DNA of 64,000 nt from Bacteroidales bacterium (GTDB lineage: Bacteria > Bacteroidota > Bacteroidia > Bacteroidales > UBA10428): assembly GCA_016935355.1 (NCBI GenBank), contig JAFGRC010000024.1:2795-66794 (forward strand), given 5' to 3'. Made by a program: the position numbers and the translations under genes. Below are positions 39,465-50,098 of the stretch, piece after piece; position 1 is the stretch's first letter; each line of letters starts with the position of its first letter. Below the pieces are notes generated by a model, which was not told the origin of the DNA, did no database searches, and saw only the letters and a list, made by a program, of their open reading frames with translations.

Positions 39465-39555
39465 TCATGCAATAAAAATATCAACTTTTACACCACCTGA
39501 TATTCTGTTCCATGCAGATTCAGTAATTCACGTATCAGATTCAGTGTTTTTCGTA

Positions 39556-40209
39556 TTATATGTCTATTATATTGTTCCGGATCGCAAACTTTATCATGTC
39601 GACCGATGTTTTCAGGTTGAGCTTCTGCATGATATGATTCTTATGAGTCTCGACGGTACGGACACTTAGAAACAGTTTGTCCGCTATTTCCTTGTTTGTA
39701 AGACTGCTGCCCCACAATCTCAGGATCTCGATTTCACGGACGCTGAGGTTGCTGATATCAGCAGAACCATCATCACTTTTCAGTTTGTTTACATATTTGT
39801 TCAATAGCAAACTGGTAATGGACTTGCTGAAATAATCATGGCCGTTTCGCAAAGTATAAATTGCTTCTATCAGCTCATTCCGTTCCGTCTCTTTGGAGAG
39901 AAAACCTTTCGCACCGGCCTTAATGATTTTCAGTACCGTTTCTTCGTCACTGTGGACGGAAATGACCAGGATCATAACTTTCGGATGGGATATACCGACT
40001 TGCATCATCAGATTCAGCAGCTGAATTGAAAGAATATGCACATTTATGATCAGAACATTGATCTTCAAAATCATGAGCTGATCCAAAAGCTTGTTTTTTG
40101 AATCAGTCTGGAGCATGATTTCCATATCTTTTACATTGTTCAGCAATGAGCTGATGCCCTCCCGAACAAGCCTGTGCTCATCATAAACAGCCAGTGTAAT
40201 ATTCCCCAT
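39556..40209 (-). CDS. NarL/LuxR-family response regulator with atypical receiver
   Basis: C-terminal LSVRE...NKEIADKLFLSVRTVETH; VLIINV has Asn at the Asp position. Confidence 0.9.
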   Translation of the reverse strand: MGNITLAVYDEHRLVREGISSLLNNVKDMEIMLQTDSKNKLLDQLMILKINVLIINVHILSIQLLNLMMQVGISHPKVMILVISVHSDEETVLKIIKAGAKGFLSKETERNELIEAIYTLRNGHDYFSKSITSLLLNKYVNKLKSDDGSADISNLSVREIEILRLWGSSLTNKEIADKLFLSVRTVETHKNHIMQKLNLKTSVDMIKFAIRNNIIDI

Positions 40210-40215
40210 AACGCT

Positions 40216-43200
40216 TTAATTATAAATGACTGCAGATGTTTTTATTCTTCCGTCCATATATACCAGCAGTGGTTTTTCGAAGCGGACATGTTTGAAATAC
40301 CTGGTCTGGTGCACAATGTATTGTTCGTCCAGTATGTTCCATCTGATAAAGTCGTTCATGGATGTTTCCTGAATGGAAAAATACCCGATATTCATGGAAG
40401 TCAGATTGTGGAAAAAATGCGAACCCAATGACGAATCCAGCGGAAAATTTGCCAGGCTGACTTCAACGATAACCTTGGCGTTTGAGATCTGCGGCCATAT
40501 GACGGGTATCCCGAGGAAAGGATCGCGCGTTCCCCATCTTCCGGGACCGATCAGGATATATTGCTTGTTTTGCCGGATCATTTTGTTGTTCAGCTTGTCG
40601 ATCTCAGCAACCATCTCCTGGGTTTTCAGCTTATCAAAATGTTTGATATCGATAAAGATCACATCCTGAATGTAATTGACTTCACCGTTACCCAAACTTG
40701 ATCTCGTATACAATAACATTTGTGATCTGTCAAGTTTGTCAAAATCAATACTGAGACTATAGTGGCTACCTATCAGCGGTTTGATCTGCAGCAGATAGAA
40801 CGACGGAAGGTTGTTTTCCGTCCTGTTCAGATCAACCGCATATTCAATCTCAACCGGGGATCCCAGGGCCTCTTCCATAGTAATAAGCATATTATCAATT
40901 GTTTCCGCAAGAGGTATGTAATCATACTTCAATATATCGGCAAAATTCAGTATGCGCGGACCGGCATCCGATAAACCGGGTTCTATCCTGTCATTATCAG
41001 GATTATAGACCGAAACACAATGATTTAATGTCTGCTGTTTTTCTGCTTCACTGATATCAAGCAATAAAAGAGAAGCCAGTTCACCGTTTTTGACGTAGTC
41101 AAAATCATTCTTGGAACAATCAAGCGCATAGAACTTTACCTGTGAGGTATTGATCAGGTCCTTGGTCGTGAACATTTCAACATTCGGGTATTTTGGTGAA
41201 AACCTGTAGGAATTCCATCCTTCCATAACATAAGAACCCAAACCGAAAGCCACAACCGCAAATCCTTCCTCCGGTTTCATATGGGCGACGGGATAATAAT
41301 TAAATGATTGTGCAACTCCGCTCAGATGCGGGTAATAATAACTGTCGTATTGTGCGCCAACCAGTTCCTGCAGGACAATAGCCATTTTTTCTTCCTCAAC
41401 CTTATGGTTTATGGATCTGAAGAAGTTCTTCGATTTCCCGGAAAAAACCGATGCGTATACCAGTTTTATGGCATTGACCAGACTTTTTAATACTGATTTT
41501 TTATTTCCCCTGTTGTTCGGCAGAATGTAAGTATCAAAAATACCTGCAAATGGCTGAGTGAGAGAATCTTCAGAAATACTTGATGAACGTACGGCAATCG
41601 GTTTCTCAACCTGATCCAGGAAAAACTCAAGCTTTTTAATCAGACTTTCAGAGAGATCTGCCCGGATGAAATGATTTTTTAAGTCACCGAATTCCATTTC
41701 AGGATTGATAATAAAATCAAACAAATCATTTCTTTCAATAAAATCTTCAAATTCATCCGTACCGACGATCGCCGTAACCGGGGCCCTTATGTTGATCCTC
41801 CCGTTCAGCGCTGAAAAGTCGAGGTTATTGACCAGTGCATTGATAAAGGCCAGCCCTCTTCCTTTCCCGCCAAACGATCCCGGGGATAACGACACGATGT
41901 TCTTTTCATCCAGCGTAGCCGTCTCATCAAAGTTCAATACCTTACCCTTCTTTTTTTCGTCTTTGTATTTTTTAATTGTATCAATAAATAATTTCTTTGA
42001 TTCCACAACCTGCCGGATATCGTCAATTCTTAAAGGATTCAATGTTCTTGCCAGTTCGATCTCCCCTCTTGCCATGAGCCATAATGAAAACTGGTTTTCC
42101 GAAGCGTGCAGATAAAATGTCTCATCAGGGATGGCTTTGAGCAGTGATTCGAATTCTCTCATTGAGCTGGCAACTGCTATCGGCCTGCCTTCTTTATCCC
42201 TGAAAATAAAGTCGCCAAAGCCCAGATAAGCATTCAGGAAATTCTTCAGATCATTTAAAAGGGTTTCTGAATTTTTATTGATGAAACTGACATTCAGCTT
42301 CCCGGCCAGCTGCTCATTGCTTTTTTCGGATGACTGAAGAATAATGGGCAGGTTAAGAATATGAGATTTCATGTATTTGATAAACCGGATCCCCGCTTTT
42401 TTATCAGGCCTGCCATCTCTTTCAAATTCCACATCCGATATCACACAAAGCAAGAAATCCTTATACTTTTCAAAGATGCTCATCGCATCCTCATAATTCG
42501 TGGCATGTAATATTTTTGGCCTCGACCTCATTTTGCAAATCTTGTCAAGTTCATTTTTTTCCACTTCAGGCAATACCTGCTGTACCTGACCAAATACTAT
42601 GGAATATAAAATGGGAAGGTATTTGGAATAGTACTGGGCAGAATCTTCGATCAGGAGAATAATCCTCACCAGACCTATTTTGGTGTCATTTTCAACATTT
42701 ACCTGATCCTCTATCGATTTGACCATCGCAAAGAAGATCTGTGAATCGCCGGTCCACATAAAAAGCTTATTAACCGAGCTGATGGTGGGAACCAGCTCTT
42801 CAAAATACTGTATGTTACTCTTCTGGTTCAGCAAAAGATATATCAGGAGATCCGGGCACTTTTCCCTGATCTGATCGCTCAACCTGACCGGAGTCTCCCG
42901 GTCCATTCCCACCATAATGATCACAAGATCAAAACGTGTATTGTCAAGCAGACCCATAGCTTCCTCGGTTGTGGTAACACCCGTGATCCTCGGCAGGGAA
43001 AAAAGACTGTACTGGTATATGATTCCCATGAACTGCTCAAAGAAACTGCTTTCATTTTCGAGCGTGAAGGCATCGTATAGGGTAGCGACAAAAAGTATCT
43101 CTTTCACCTTATACTTCATCATGTCAAGATATATATATTTCTCAATGGTTTGCTGATTGAAGAAAAGCTGCAGGGGTCGTTTATTCCTGATCAGGGATTG

Positions 43201-44799
43201 CCGGTATTCGTCAGGTTTAAAGACCGGTACCGCGCTGAACTTTATCTTGTTGATAATTTCCCTTCCCTTGTAATTATTCAGATAGCCGCTTATCAGTTTA
43301 CCCAGATTGAATATCAGATTCCGTTCTTCTTTCATAAACGGACCTTCGTATGAATCCGGAAATTCCTTCTGGTAGAATACTTCAATGATCCCCTTTTTGT
43401 TGTCAACAGTGATGAAATTCTCTTTCTGTACCCACATGGTTTCGGAAAAATTCCTGCTGACATAGGTTTTTCCTTCAAAGCGGATCCTTGCAGCGGTATA
43501 TCCGGGATACTGCCATGATCCTGGTATAATTGAGACGATTTTTTGTAATGTTTCATCGACGGGCCTGCTCATGGAAATGATCCGGGTGGTCTGATTAATA
43601 AGCTTCAGTTCCTTTAACCGTTCCCGGTTTTCATACAACAGGTTGTTAAAGACATTCCTGATTGCCGAACCGGCAATCAGGCTTGCAATATTGATCAGCA
43701 GATCCCGCTCCTCCTTTAAAAATGGACCTTCATCAGCTTCAGGAAATTCCTTCAGATAGAAAACCTCAATAATGCCTTTAAGCTTTTTGGGACTTTCAAA
43801 ACTCTGACGCTGAACCCATAATGTTTCAATAAAATTTTTACTGGTAAAGATCCGGGAATCATATGTGATCCTGACAGCTGTATATTCGGGATATTGATAG
43901 GCTTCCGGCAGAATGGCACAAATGGTCTGCAATGATTCATCCACAGTCCTGCTCTCCCTGAGGATCAGTGAAGTCTGATTAAGTCCCCTTAATTCCTTTA
44001 ATCTTTCAGCGTTCTTCTGGATCAGCTGCTCCAGTTCAATCTGGGAACCTGAATTTGAAATCAAAGAGGACAAGGTGTTGATGAGCATCAGTTCTTCCTT
44101 CAGGAAAGGACCTTCAAAGGCCACCGGGAATTCCTTCAGATAATAGATTTCAATAGTCCCGGTTTTCAACTTTGGTGTTTCGAATGTCTTGTTCAGCACC
44201 CAAGGTGTTTCCTTAAACTTTCTGCTTGTGAAGACCATGTCCCCGAATGTAATTCTGGCGGCTGTATACGCCGGATACTGAAAAGCTTCGGGAAGCAGCA
44301 GACAGATCTCCTGCAACGACTCTTCAAATGAAATGCCACGTTTCAGTATCTCTGCCGTTCTGTGTATGCTTGTCAATTCTTTGATCCTCTCGGTGTTTTC
44401 ATGCAATATGCCGGCCAGTAAATAATTGGATATTTTACCCGAGATCAGGTCACCAATATTTGCTATAAAACTGTTATCCTGTTTCAGCAACTCTTTGGCC
44501 GATATTTCATTTAATTTTCCCGAATGGTGGATTTCGATAATGCCCTTGATCTTATCCGTTATGTCAAACAAATGCCTTTCAAGCCAGCGTGATGTCTTGA
44601 AATCTGCACTTCTGAATTCATGATGATCATATGAAATATAAACTGACAGTTTGTCGGGTTCAACATATGCCTCCCGGATGATATCACAAATCTGCTGTAA
44701 AGCCAGCTCTATCGATCCTGTTTCATTCAGCAGCTTCGCAGTCTTTGTTATGGCTGATAACCTTCGACCGGCAACCTCATAATCCAAATGTTCCGCCAT
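40216..44799 (-). CDS. GAF-like repeats + receiver-like domains + PEP/pyruvate-binding (PPDK-N ATP-grasp) domain protein, 1527 aa
   Basis: Four repeats of about 127 aa (ER.KEL...QYP.YTA.RI...GPF.KEE..LI); GGKGRGLAF, AVRSSS..ED...FAG, VEIEYA, LLQIKP; C-terminal GSHFFHN. Confidence 0.88.
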   Translation of the reverse strand: MAEHLDYEVAGRRLSAITKTAKLLNETGSIELALQQICDIIREAYVEPDKLSVYISYDHHEFRSADFKTSRWLERHLFDITDKIKGIIEIHHSGKLNEISAKELLKQDNSFIANIGDLISGKISNYLLAGILHENTERIKELTSIHRTAEILKRGISFEESLQEICLLLPEAFQYPAYTAARITFGDMVFTSRKFKETPWVLNKTFETPKLKTGTIEIYYLKEFPVAFEGPFLKEELMLINTLSSLISNSGSQIELEQLIQKNAERLKELRGLNQTSLILRESRTVDESLQTICAILPEAYQYPEYTAVRITYDSRIFTSKNFIETLWVQRQSFESPKKLKGIIEVFYLKEFPEADEGPFLKEERDLLINIASLIAGSAIRNVFNNLLYENRERLKELKLINQTTRIISMSRPVDETLQKIVSIIPGSWQYPGYTAARIRFEGKTYVSRNFSETMWVQKENFITVDNKKGIIEVFYQKEFPDSYEGPFMKEERNLIFNLGKLISGYLNNYKGREIINKIKFSAVPVFKPDEYRQSLIRNKRPLQLFFNQQTIEKYIYLDMMKYKVKEILFVATLYDAFTLENESSFFEQFMGIIYQYSLFSLPRITGVTTTEEAMGLLDNTRFDLVIIMVGMDRETPVRLSDQIREKCPDLLIYLLLNQKSNIQYFEELVPTISSVNKLFMWTGDSQIFFAMVKSIEDQVNVENDTKIGLVRIILLIEDSAQYYSKYLPILYSIVFGQVQQVLPEVEKNELDKICKMRSRPKILHATNYEDAMSIFEKYKDFLLCVISDVEFERDGRPDKKAGIRFIKYMKSHILNLPIILQSSEKSNEQLAGKLNVSFINKNSETLLNDLKNFLNAYLGFGDFIFRDKEGRPIAVASSMREFESLLKAIPDETFYLHASENQFSLWLMARGEIELARTLNPLRIDDIRQVVESKKLFIDTIKKYKDEKKKGKVLNFDETATLDEKNIVSLSPGSFGGKGRGLAFINALVNNLDFSALNGRINIRAPVTAIVGTDEFEDFIERNDLFDFIINPEMEFGDLKNHFIRADLSESLIKKLEFFLDQVEKPIAVRSSSISEDSLTQPFAGIFDTYILPNNRGNKKSVLKSLVNAIKLVYASVFSGKSKNFFRSINHKVEEEKMAIVLQELVGAQYDSYYYPHLSGVAQSFNYYPVAHMKPEEGFAVVAFGLGSYVMEGWNSYRFSPKYPNVEMFTTKDLINTSQVKFYALDCSKNDFDYVKNGELASLLLLDISEAEKQQTLNHCVSVYNPDNDRIEPGLSDAGPRILNFADILKYDYIPLAETIDNMLITMEEALGSPVEIEYAVDLNRTENNLPSFYLLQIKPLIGSHYSLSIDFDKLDRSQMLLYTRSSLGNGEVNYIQDVIFIDIKHFDKLKTQEMVAEIDKLNNKMIRQNKQYILIGPGRWGTRDPFLGIPVIWPQISNAKVIVEVSLANFPLDSSLGSHFFHNLTSMNIGYFSIQETSMNDFIRWNILDEQYIVHQTRYFKHVRFEKPLLVYMDGRIKTSAVIYN

Positions 44800-44985
44800 T
44801 GATATGTTTTTTAATCAATATCCAAAATTACAAAACTGTCGGATATATTTTGTCATCCAGAGGATCAGAGAAACATCTCTTAAAGCAAAAAATGGGATGA
44901 GTGCACTCCGGGGTAAGGTTTAGTGCTGATGAAATGCAACGAGCAGCTTATGAAACCGAAAATTTCAAAAAGGATGTTGATTCCG

Positions 44986-46476
44986 TCAGATCCCGGATAA
45001 GTACCTGTGTATTGCAAATGCGGCCTTTCTTCCATCTCCCATGGCAGCAATAACAGTGGCACCACCCCTTACGATATCACCTCCTGCATAAAATCCTTCA
45101 ACATTTGCTTTCATCAGTTCTCCGCAAACTTCAATAGTACCGGAAGGAGTGACCTTAAGTTCGGGCATGTGCATTGATATTAAAGGATTGGGGGAAACCC
45201 CGATGCTGACAATTACCATATCTGCCTGGAGAGAATATTCCGAATCTTTGAGCGGTACCGGTCTGCACCGTCCCGATGCATCGGGCTCACCCAATTCCAT
45301 TCTGCGAAGTTTAATCCTGTTCACCCTTCCGTTTTCATCTGCAAGATATTCAACCGGTTCATTCAGGTTTAAAAATTCGACTCCCTCTTCCATGGCGTGC
45401 TTGATCTCTTCTTTTCTTGCAGGCATTTCATTAAAAGACCTCCGGTAGATGATCATTGCCCGTTCAGCACCCAGCCTTTTTGCCGTTCGAACGGAATCCA
45501 TGGCTGTATTTCCTCCGCCGATCACGGCTACATTTCTTCCATAAAACACAGGAGTGTCATAATCCTGTTTTGCTGCGCCCATCAGATTGATCCTTGTGAG
45601 ATATTCATTGGCAGACATGATGCCAACGTGATTTTCTCCGGGAATGTTCATAAACTTTGGTAATCCGGCACCACTGCCGATAAAGAAAGCTTTATAACCC
45701 GACTCTTTCAGATCATCATGCGACAATGTTTTACCGATGATGATATTTGTGTAGAACTTAACGCCTATCTTTTTCAGGTTGTCGATCTCAAATTCTATGA
45801 TATGATTCGGCAGCCTGAATTCAGGTATGCCATAACGCAACACTCCTCCCAGTTCGTGCAATGCTTCATAGACCGATACCTGATACCCGTAACGGGCAAG
45901 GTCACCTGCTGCTGCAATACCTGCGGGGCCCGATCCGACCACAGCCACTTTTACCTGTGATATTTTCCCGATTTCAGGAATATAAGTTGTACCGGATTCT
46001 CTTTCGTAATCTGCAACAAACCTTTCGAGATAACCGATTGCAACAGGTTCTTTATTCAGCTTATCAAAATAAATGCAATTCTTCTCACACTGAACCTCCT
46101 GCGGACAAACACGGCCGCAAATTGCAGGGAAAAGATTGCTTTGTTTGATGACCTGTGCAGATTTTAAAAAATCACCGGCCTCAATGTACTTTATGAATGT
46201 TGGTATATCAACACCGACCGGACAACCCTGTATGCAGGGCGGATTGGCACAATCCAGGCAACGCTGCGCCTCCTTTACGGCCTCAAAGACTGACAAACCC
46301 TTATTCACCTCGGTATTGCCCTTCAATCTTTCAATAGGATCTTCCATGGGCATCACGACCCTTTTGATCGCCATTCTTTCCTTTGCTGTCATCGATTTGC
46401 GCAGTTCTTTGCGCCACTCATCTCTTATCATAACAGGCTCAATGCTTAATTCCTTCATATTGATATCAATTGGCAA
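44986..46476 (-). CDS. nfnB: NADPH-dependent oxidoreductase, GltD-like (NfnB/SudA)
   Basis: EAQRCLDC..PPC..GCP, CGRVCPQE.QCE, GSGPAG, GGGNTAMD. Confidence 0.88.
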   Translation of the reverse strand: MPIDINMKELSIEPVMIRDEWRKELRKSMTAKERMAIKRVVMPMEDPIERLKGNTEVNKGLSVFEAVKEAQRCLDCANPPCIQGCPVGVDIPTFIKYIEAGDFLKSAQVIKQSNLFPAICGRVCPQEVQCEKNCIYFDKLNKEPVAIGYLERFVADYERESGTTYIPEIGKISQVKVAVVGSGPAGIAAAGDLARYGYQVSVYEALHELGGVLRYGIPEFRLPNHIIEFEIDNLKKIGVKFYTNIIIGKTLSHDDLKESGYKAFFIGSGAGLPKFMNIPGENHVGIMSANEYLTRINLMGAAKQDYDTPVFYGRNVAVIGGGNTAMDSVRTAKRLGAERAMIIYRRSFNEMPARKEEIKHAMEEGVEFLNLNEPVEYLADENGRVNRIKLRRMELGEPDASGRCRPVPLKDSEYSLQADMVIVSIGVSPNPLISMHMPELKVTPSGTIEVCGELMKANVEGFYAGGDIVRGGATVIAAMGDGRKAAFAIHRYLSGI

Positions 46477-47299
46477 CCTTTCCTTTCAGAAACTCCCCGT
46501 AATTATATTTCTCTTCTTTTTTGTATCCGGCGAGCCGGATAAGCAATTCATCAAAATCGACTTCATGAGCATTGAACTCAGGTCCGTCAATACATGCGAA
46601 TTTTCTTTGTCCTGCCACGGTAACCCTGCATGCCCCGCACATCCCCGTCCCATCTATCATAATTGTATTCAGACTGGCAATTGTGGGAATGTTGTACTTT
46701 TTCGTAAGCAAGCTGGTGTATTTCATCATAATGGCCGGACCAATGGTAACCGCCTTATGAATTGTTTCTCGCCGGATGATTTGCTCCATCCCTTCCGTGA
46801 TCAGTCCTTTCATGCCCTGACTGCCATCATCCGTCATCACCAGTAATTCATCGGAAAAAGCACGCATCTCTTTTTCGAGTATAACCAGCTCTTTTGTCCG
46901 GGCAGCCAATACCGTTACAATACGGTTGCCTGCTTCGTGAAATGCCTCAGCGATGGGTAAAAGCGGTGCTATTCCAACCCCGCCACCGGCACACAGTACG
47001 GTCCCGACTTTTTCAATGTGTGTGGGACGGCCCAGGGGACCGACAACATCGGTTACCGTTTCTCCGACTTTCAGACTCGCAATTTTATGACTGCTGACAC
47101 CAACAATCTGTACAATCAGCGAAATGGTTCCCTTCTCTGCATCCGATCCGGTTATTGTCAGCGGAATCCGTTCACCCTTCCGTCCTATTTTCACAATCAC
47201 AAAATTTCCGGGTTGTCTTTTTCTGGAAATCAGTGGCGCTTCAATTTCAAACCTGACAACATTCTTTCCAAGGTTTTCTTTTGCAATAACCTTATTCAT
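46466..47299 (-). CDS. nfnA: Ferredoxin-NADP reductase small subunit (NfnA/SudB)
   Basis: GERIPLTI, GPLG, GGGVG, DGTGMCGACR...CIDGPEF. Confidence 0.9.
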   Translation of the reverse strand: MNKVIAKENLGKNVVRFEIEAPLISRKRQPGNFVIVKIGRKGERIPLTITGSDAEKGTISLIVQIVGVSSHKIASLKVGETVTDVVGPLGRPTHIEKVGTVLCAGGGVGIAPLLPIAEAFHEAGNRIVTVLAARTKELVILEKEMRAFSDELLVMTDDGSQGMKGLITEGMEQIIRRETIHKAVTIGPAIMMKYTSLLTKKYNIPTIASLNTIMIDGTGMCGACRVTVAGQRKFACIDGPEFNAHEVDFDELLIRLAGYKKEEKYNYGEFLKGKVAN

Positions 47300-47519
47300 G
47301 CCCTTTTTCGTATGAAAATAATGTATCTTCACTAAACAAATAAAAGACTAATAAATATTACGTATTTCCTCTACGTAAATGACGTAACGGATTTTCTCAC
47401 GCGTTTTCCGTTTTCAGGTACTGACCGTGTATTAATTCCGCCCTTTAATCTTTTATTCACCAAATTGAATTTGTAAATTTACATGAGATGCAAACTGCAA
47501 AGGTAATCAAATATACTAT

Positions 47520-48356
47520 TTGCATATTGCTATGATGTTGCTGAAACAAAACATGCGACAAATGAATGGCACCAGTCATAAAGGTTTTCTGCCATATCAG
47601 CCGGTCCGTGAAATTTTTAAAGAAATTGGGGCTATTGCATCGTTTTCTACAACAGTAACCAGGCAACTCTTTAAAAGGCCTCTGGAACTCCCGGAATTAT
47701 TAAGGCAGTCCTATTACCTGGGATACAAAGCCCTGCCGCTGGTACTGATCACGGGATTCATCCTGGGTATGGTATTGACTATACAGATGAGACCCCTGCT
47801 GGTGGATTTTGGGGCTGAATCAGAATTGCCCGGATTGGTTACCATTTCTATTGTCCGTGAGATCGGACCCGTTATAATCGCCCTGATCTGTGCGGGGAAA
47901 ATTGCCTCGGGAATAGGCGCGGAACTGGGTTCCATGCGCGTCACAGAGCAAATTGACGCCATGGAAGTATCAGGGACAAATCCTTTGAAGTTCCTTGTGG
48001 CAACACGTGTTTTATCAACCACATTCATGGTTCCCCTGCTTGTTATTGTTGCCGACTTTATTTCCCTGATCGGATCTTACACTGCCATGAACATTCACAG
48101 CAATATATCCCTCTCACTGTACCTGTCACTTTCCTTTGATGATCTTACCTTTCTGGACGTGATCCCGGCTACGGTAAAAACTGTTGTGTTTGGTTTTATC
48201 ATAGGTATTGTGGGCAGTTATAAAGGCTATCATGCAGAAATGGGTACCGAATCGGTCGGAATAGCAGCCAATTCAGCTGTGGTAACCGCCTCCCTGTCTA
48301 TTTTTGTGATCGACCTGCTTGCTGTACAAATCACGGATCTGATTTCCATTCTGTAA
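47520..48356 (+). CDS. mlaE: MlaE-family ABC permease
   Basis: REIGPV, GAELGSMRVTEQIDAMEVSG; true start probably 47553-47562. Confidence 0.92.
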   Translation: MHIAMMLLKQNMRQMNGTSHKGFLPYQPVREIFKEIGAIASFSTTVTRQLFKRPLELPELLRQSYYLGYKALPLVLITGFILGMVLTIQMRPLLVDFGAESELPGLVTISIVREIGPVIIALICAGKIASGIGAELGSMRVTEQIDAMEVSGTNPLKFLVATRVLSTTFMVPLLVIVADFISLIGSYTAMNIHSNISLSLYLSLSFDDLTFLDVIPATVKTVVFGFIIGIVGSYKGYHAEMGTESVGIAANSAVVTASLSIFVIDLLAVQITDLISIL

Positions 48357-48359
48357 CAT

Positions 48360-49091
48360 ATGGAAAAATTAATTGAAATACAGGACTTACGAAAGTCATT
48401 TGCGGGCAGAGAAGTATTAAAGGGCATTGACCTTACATTGAAAAGGGGTGAAAATGTTGTGTTGCTGGGCAGGTCGGGTATCGGAAAAACGGTGCTGATA
48501 AAGTGTATTGTCGGTTTGGTCATACCGGACTCAGGTATCATTAAAGTGTTTGGTGAAAACATAAAAGGCCTGAACGGCGAAGGATTTAATGAGTTGCGAA
48601 AGAAAGTCGGCTTTTTATTCCAGGGTGGTGCTGTGTATGATTCCATGACGGTCCGTGAGAACCTTGAGTTCCCGGTCCGGAGAAACCTCATGATCAAAAA
48701 AAATCAGGGTGAGATCGAAGAAATGGTAAAAAAGGCACTGGGCAATGTCGGTCTGCTTGATGCGATCGACAAAATGCCCTCCGAGCTGTCAGGCGGTATG
48801 CGAAAACGTTTGGGACTGGCCAGGACCTTAATTCTGAATCCGGAGATCATACTCTACGATGAACCGACGACGGGACTGGATCCGATTACTTCAAAAGAAA
48901 TTATTGAGCTGATCCTGAAAATTCAGGAGAAGTACAATACCTCTTCGATTATCATCACACATGATATGCATTGTATCAGATCAACAGCAAACCAAATCCT
49001 GCTGATCAAAAACGGTATCATTTACGCGGAAGGTACTTTGAGCGACTTTATGAACAGTCAGGATAAAGAAATTAAATCGTATTTTTCTTAA
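48360..49091 (+). CDS. mlaF: MlaF-family ABC ATPase
   Basis: GRSGIGKT, LFQGGA.YDSMTV.ENL, LSGGMRKR, YDEPTTGLDP. Confidence 0.92.
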   Translation: MEKLIEIQDLRKSFAGREVLKGIDLTLKRGENVVLLGRSGIGKTVLIKCIVGLVIPDSGIIKVFGENIKGLNGEGFNELRKKVGFLFQGGAVYDSMTVRENLEFPVRRNLMIKKNQGEIEEMVKKALGNVGLLDAIDKMPSELSGGMRKRLGLARTLILNPEIILYDEPTTGLDPITSKEIIELILKIQEKYNTSSIIITHDMHCIRSTANQILLIKNGIIYAEGTLSDFMNSQDKEIKSYFS

Positions 49092-49102
49092 AAAAACCTG
49101 TC

Positions 49103-50041
49103 ATGCAAAACAAAACATCGAATTATGTTAAACTGGGTATTTTCGTTGTATCCGCAATCCTCATATTCGTGCTCGCCATCTATTACCTTGGTAGCAAACA
49201 ACACCTTTTCAGAACAAATTTTGTTGTTTATACCGATTTCAGAACTGTAAAGGGACTCAAGACAGGGAACAACGTCAGGTTTTTGGGAATAGATGTCGGG
49301 ACCGTATCCGCCATTACGATCATCAATGAGTCACTGATCAGGGTCAGAATGACCATTGACGAGGACGTAAAACAATTTATCAAGAAGGACTCAAAAGTTG
49401 AGATCGACAGTGAGGGACTTATGGGAAGCAAAATCATCACAATCATTCCCGGAACGATGTCTGCCGGTATTGTTGATGATGACGATACGCTGGAATCCAT
49501 AGAAACGGTAAATGTTGAGGATATTCTGTCAGAACTGGAAAGAACAACAGGATACACAACCCGCGTAGCTTCCAACCTTGATGAAATTACCCGGAAAATT
49601 AACCAGGGCGAAGGCGATCTGGGAATGCTTGTAAACGAAACCTCTCTGAAAAACGAACTGGACCGGTCCACCCGGGAAATTAATCTGCTGGTGCAGGAAC
49701 TCAGACAGGTGATCAGTAAGTTCAACTCCACTGATAATGATATGGGCCGGTTGCTTAACAATAACAGCGTTACGGAAAGGTTTGCCGGCATTGCCGAAAA
49801 CCTTGACAGTGCCTCTTCTGATGCGCGCAAAATAACGCAGGAACTGAACCGGGCTGCCGAAGCCATCAATTATGGCAGTGGAACCATACACCGGTTGATA
49901 TACGACACCATTTTTATCCGGGGAATTGACACTACCTTATTGAATGTAAATGCCGGGATCGATGAGGTAATCGAGACTGCCGACGCAATTAAGAAAAGCT
50001 GGATCATAAACGTGGGCTCAAAAAAAGGGAAGAATAAATAA
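49103..50041 (+). CDS. mlaD: MlaD/MCE-family protein
   Basis: N-terminal TM, GL..G..VR..GI.VG.V MCE motif, helical tail. Confidence 0.9.
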   Translation: MQNKTSNYVKLGIFVVSAILIFVLAIYYLGSKQHLFRTNFVVYTDFRTVKGLKTGNNVRFLGIDVGTVSAITIINESLIRVRMTIDEDVKQFIKKDSKVEIDSEGLMGSKIITIIPGTMSAGIVDDDDTLESIETVNVEDILSELERTTGYTTRVASNLDEITRKINQGEGDLGMLVNETSLKNELDRSTREINLLVQELRQVISKFNSTDNDMGRLLNNNSVTERFAGIAENLDSASSDARKITQELNRAAEAINYGSGTIHRLIYDTIFIRGIDTTLLNVNAGIDEVIETADAIKKSWIINVGSKKGKNK

Positions 50042-50098
50042 GAACATATTTAAAATACCATCATATTTGCATAGATGATTAATAAGTAAAGTTTACCG

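Noticed and set aside
44986-46476. Glutamate synthase small subunit of a GOGAT
   Set aside because: No gltB large subunit; it is paired with an NfnA/SudB-type gene.
49228-49869. Long antisense ORFs (also 16728-17276, 36406-36918, 46136-46846 and similar)
   Set aside because: Shadow frames of well-supported genes on the opposite strand.
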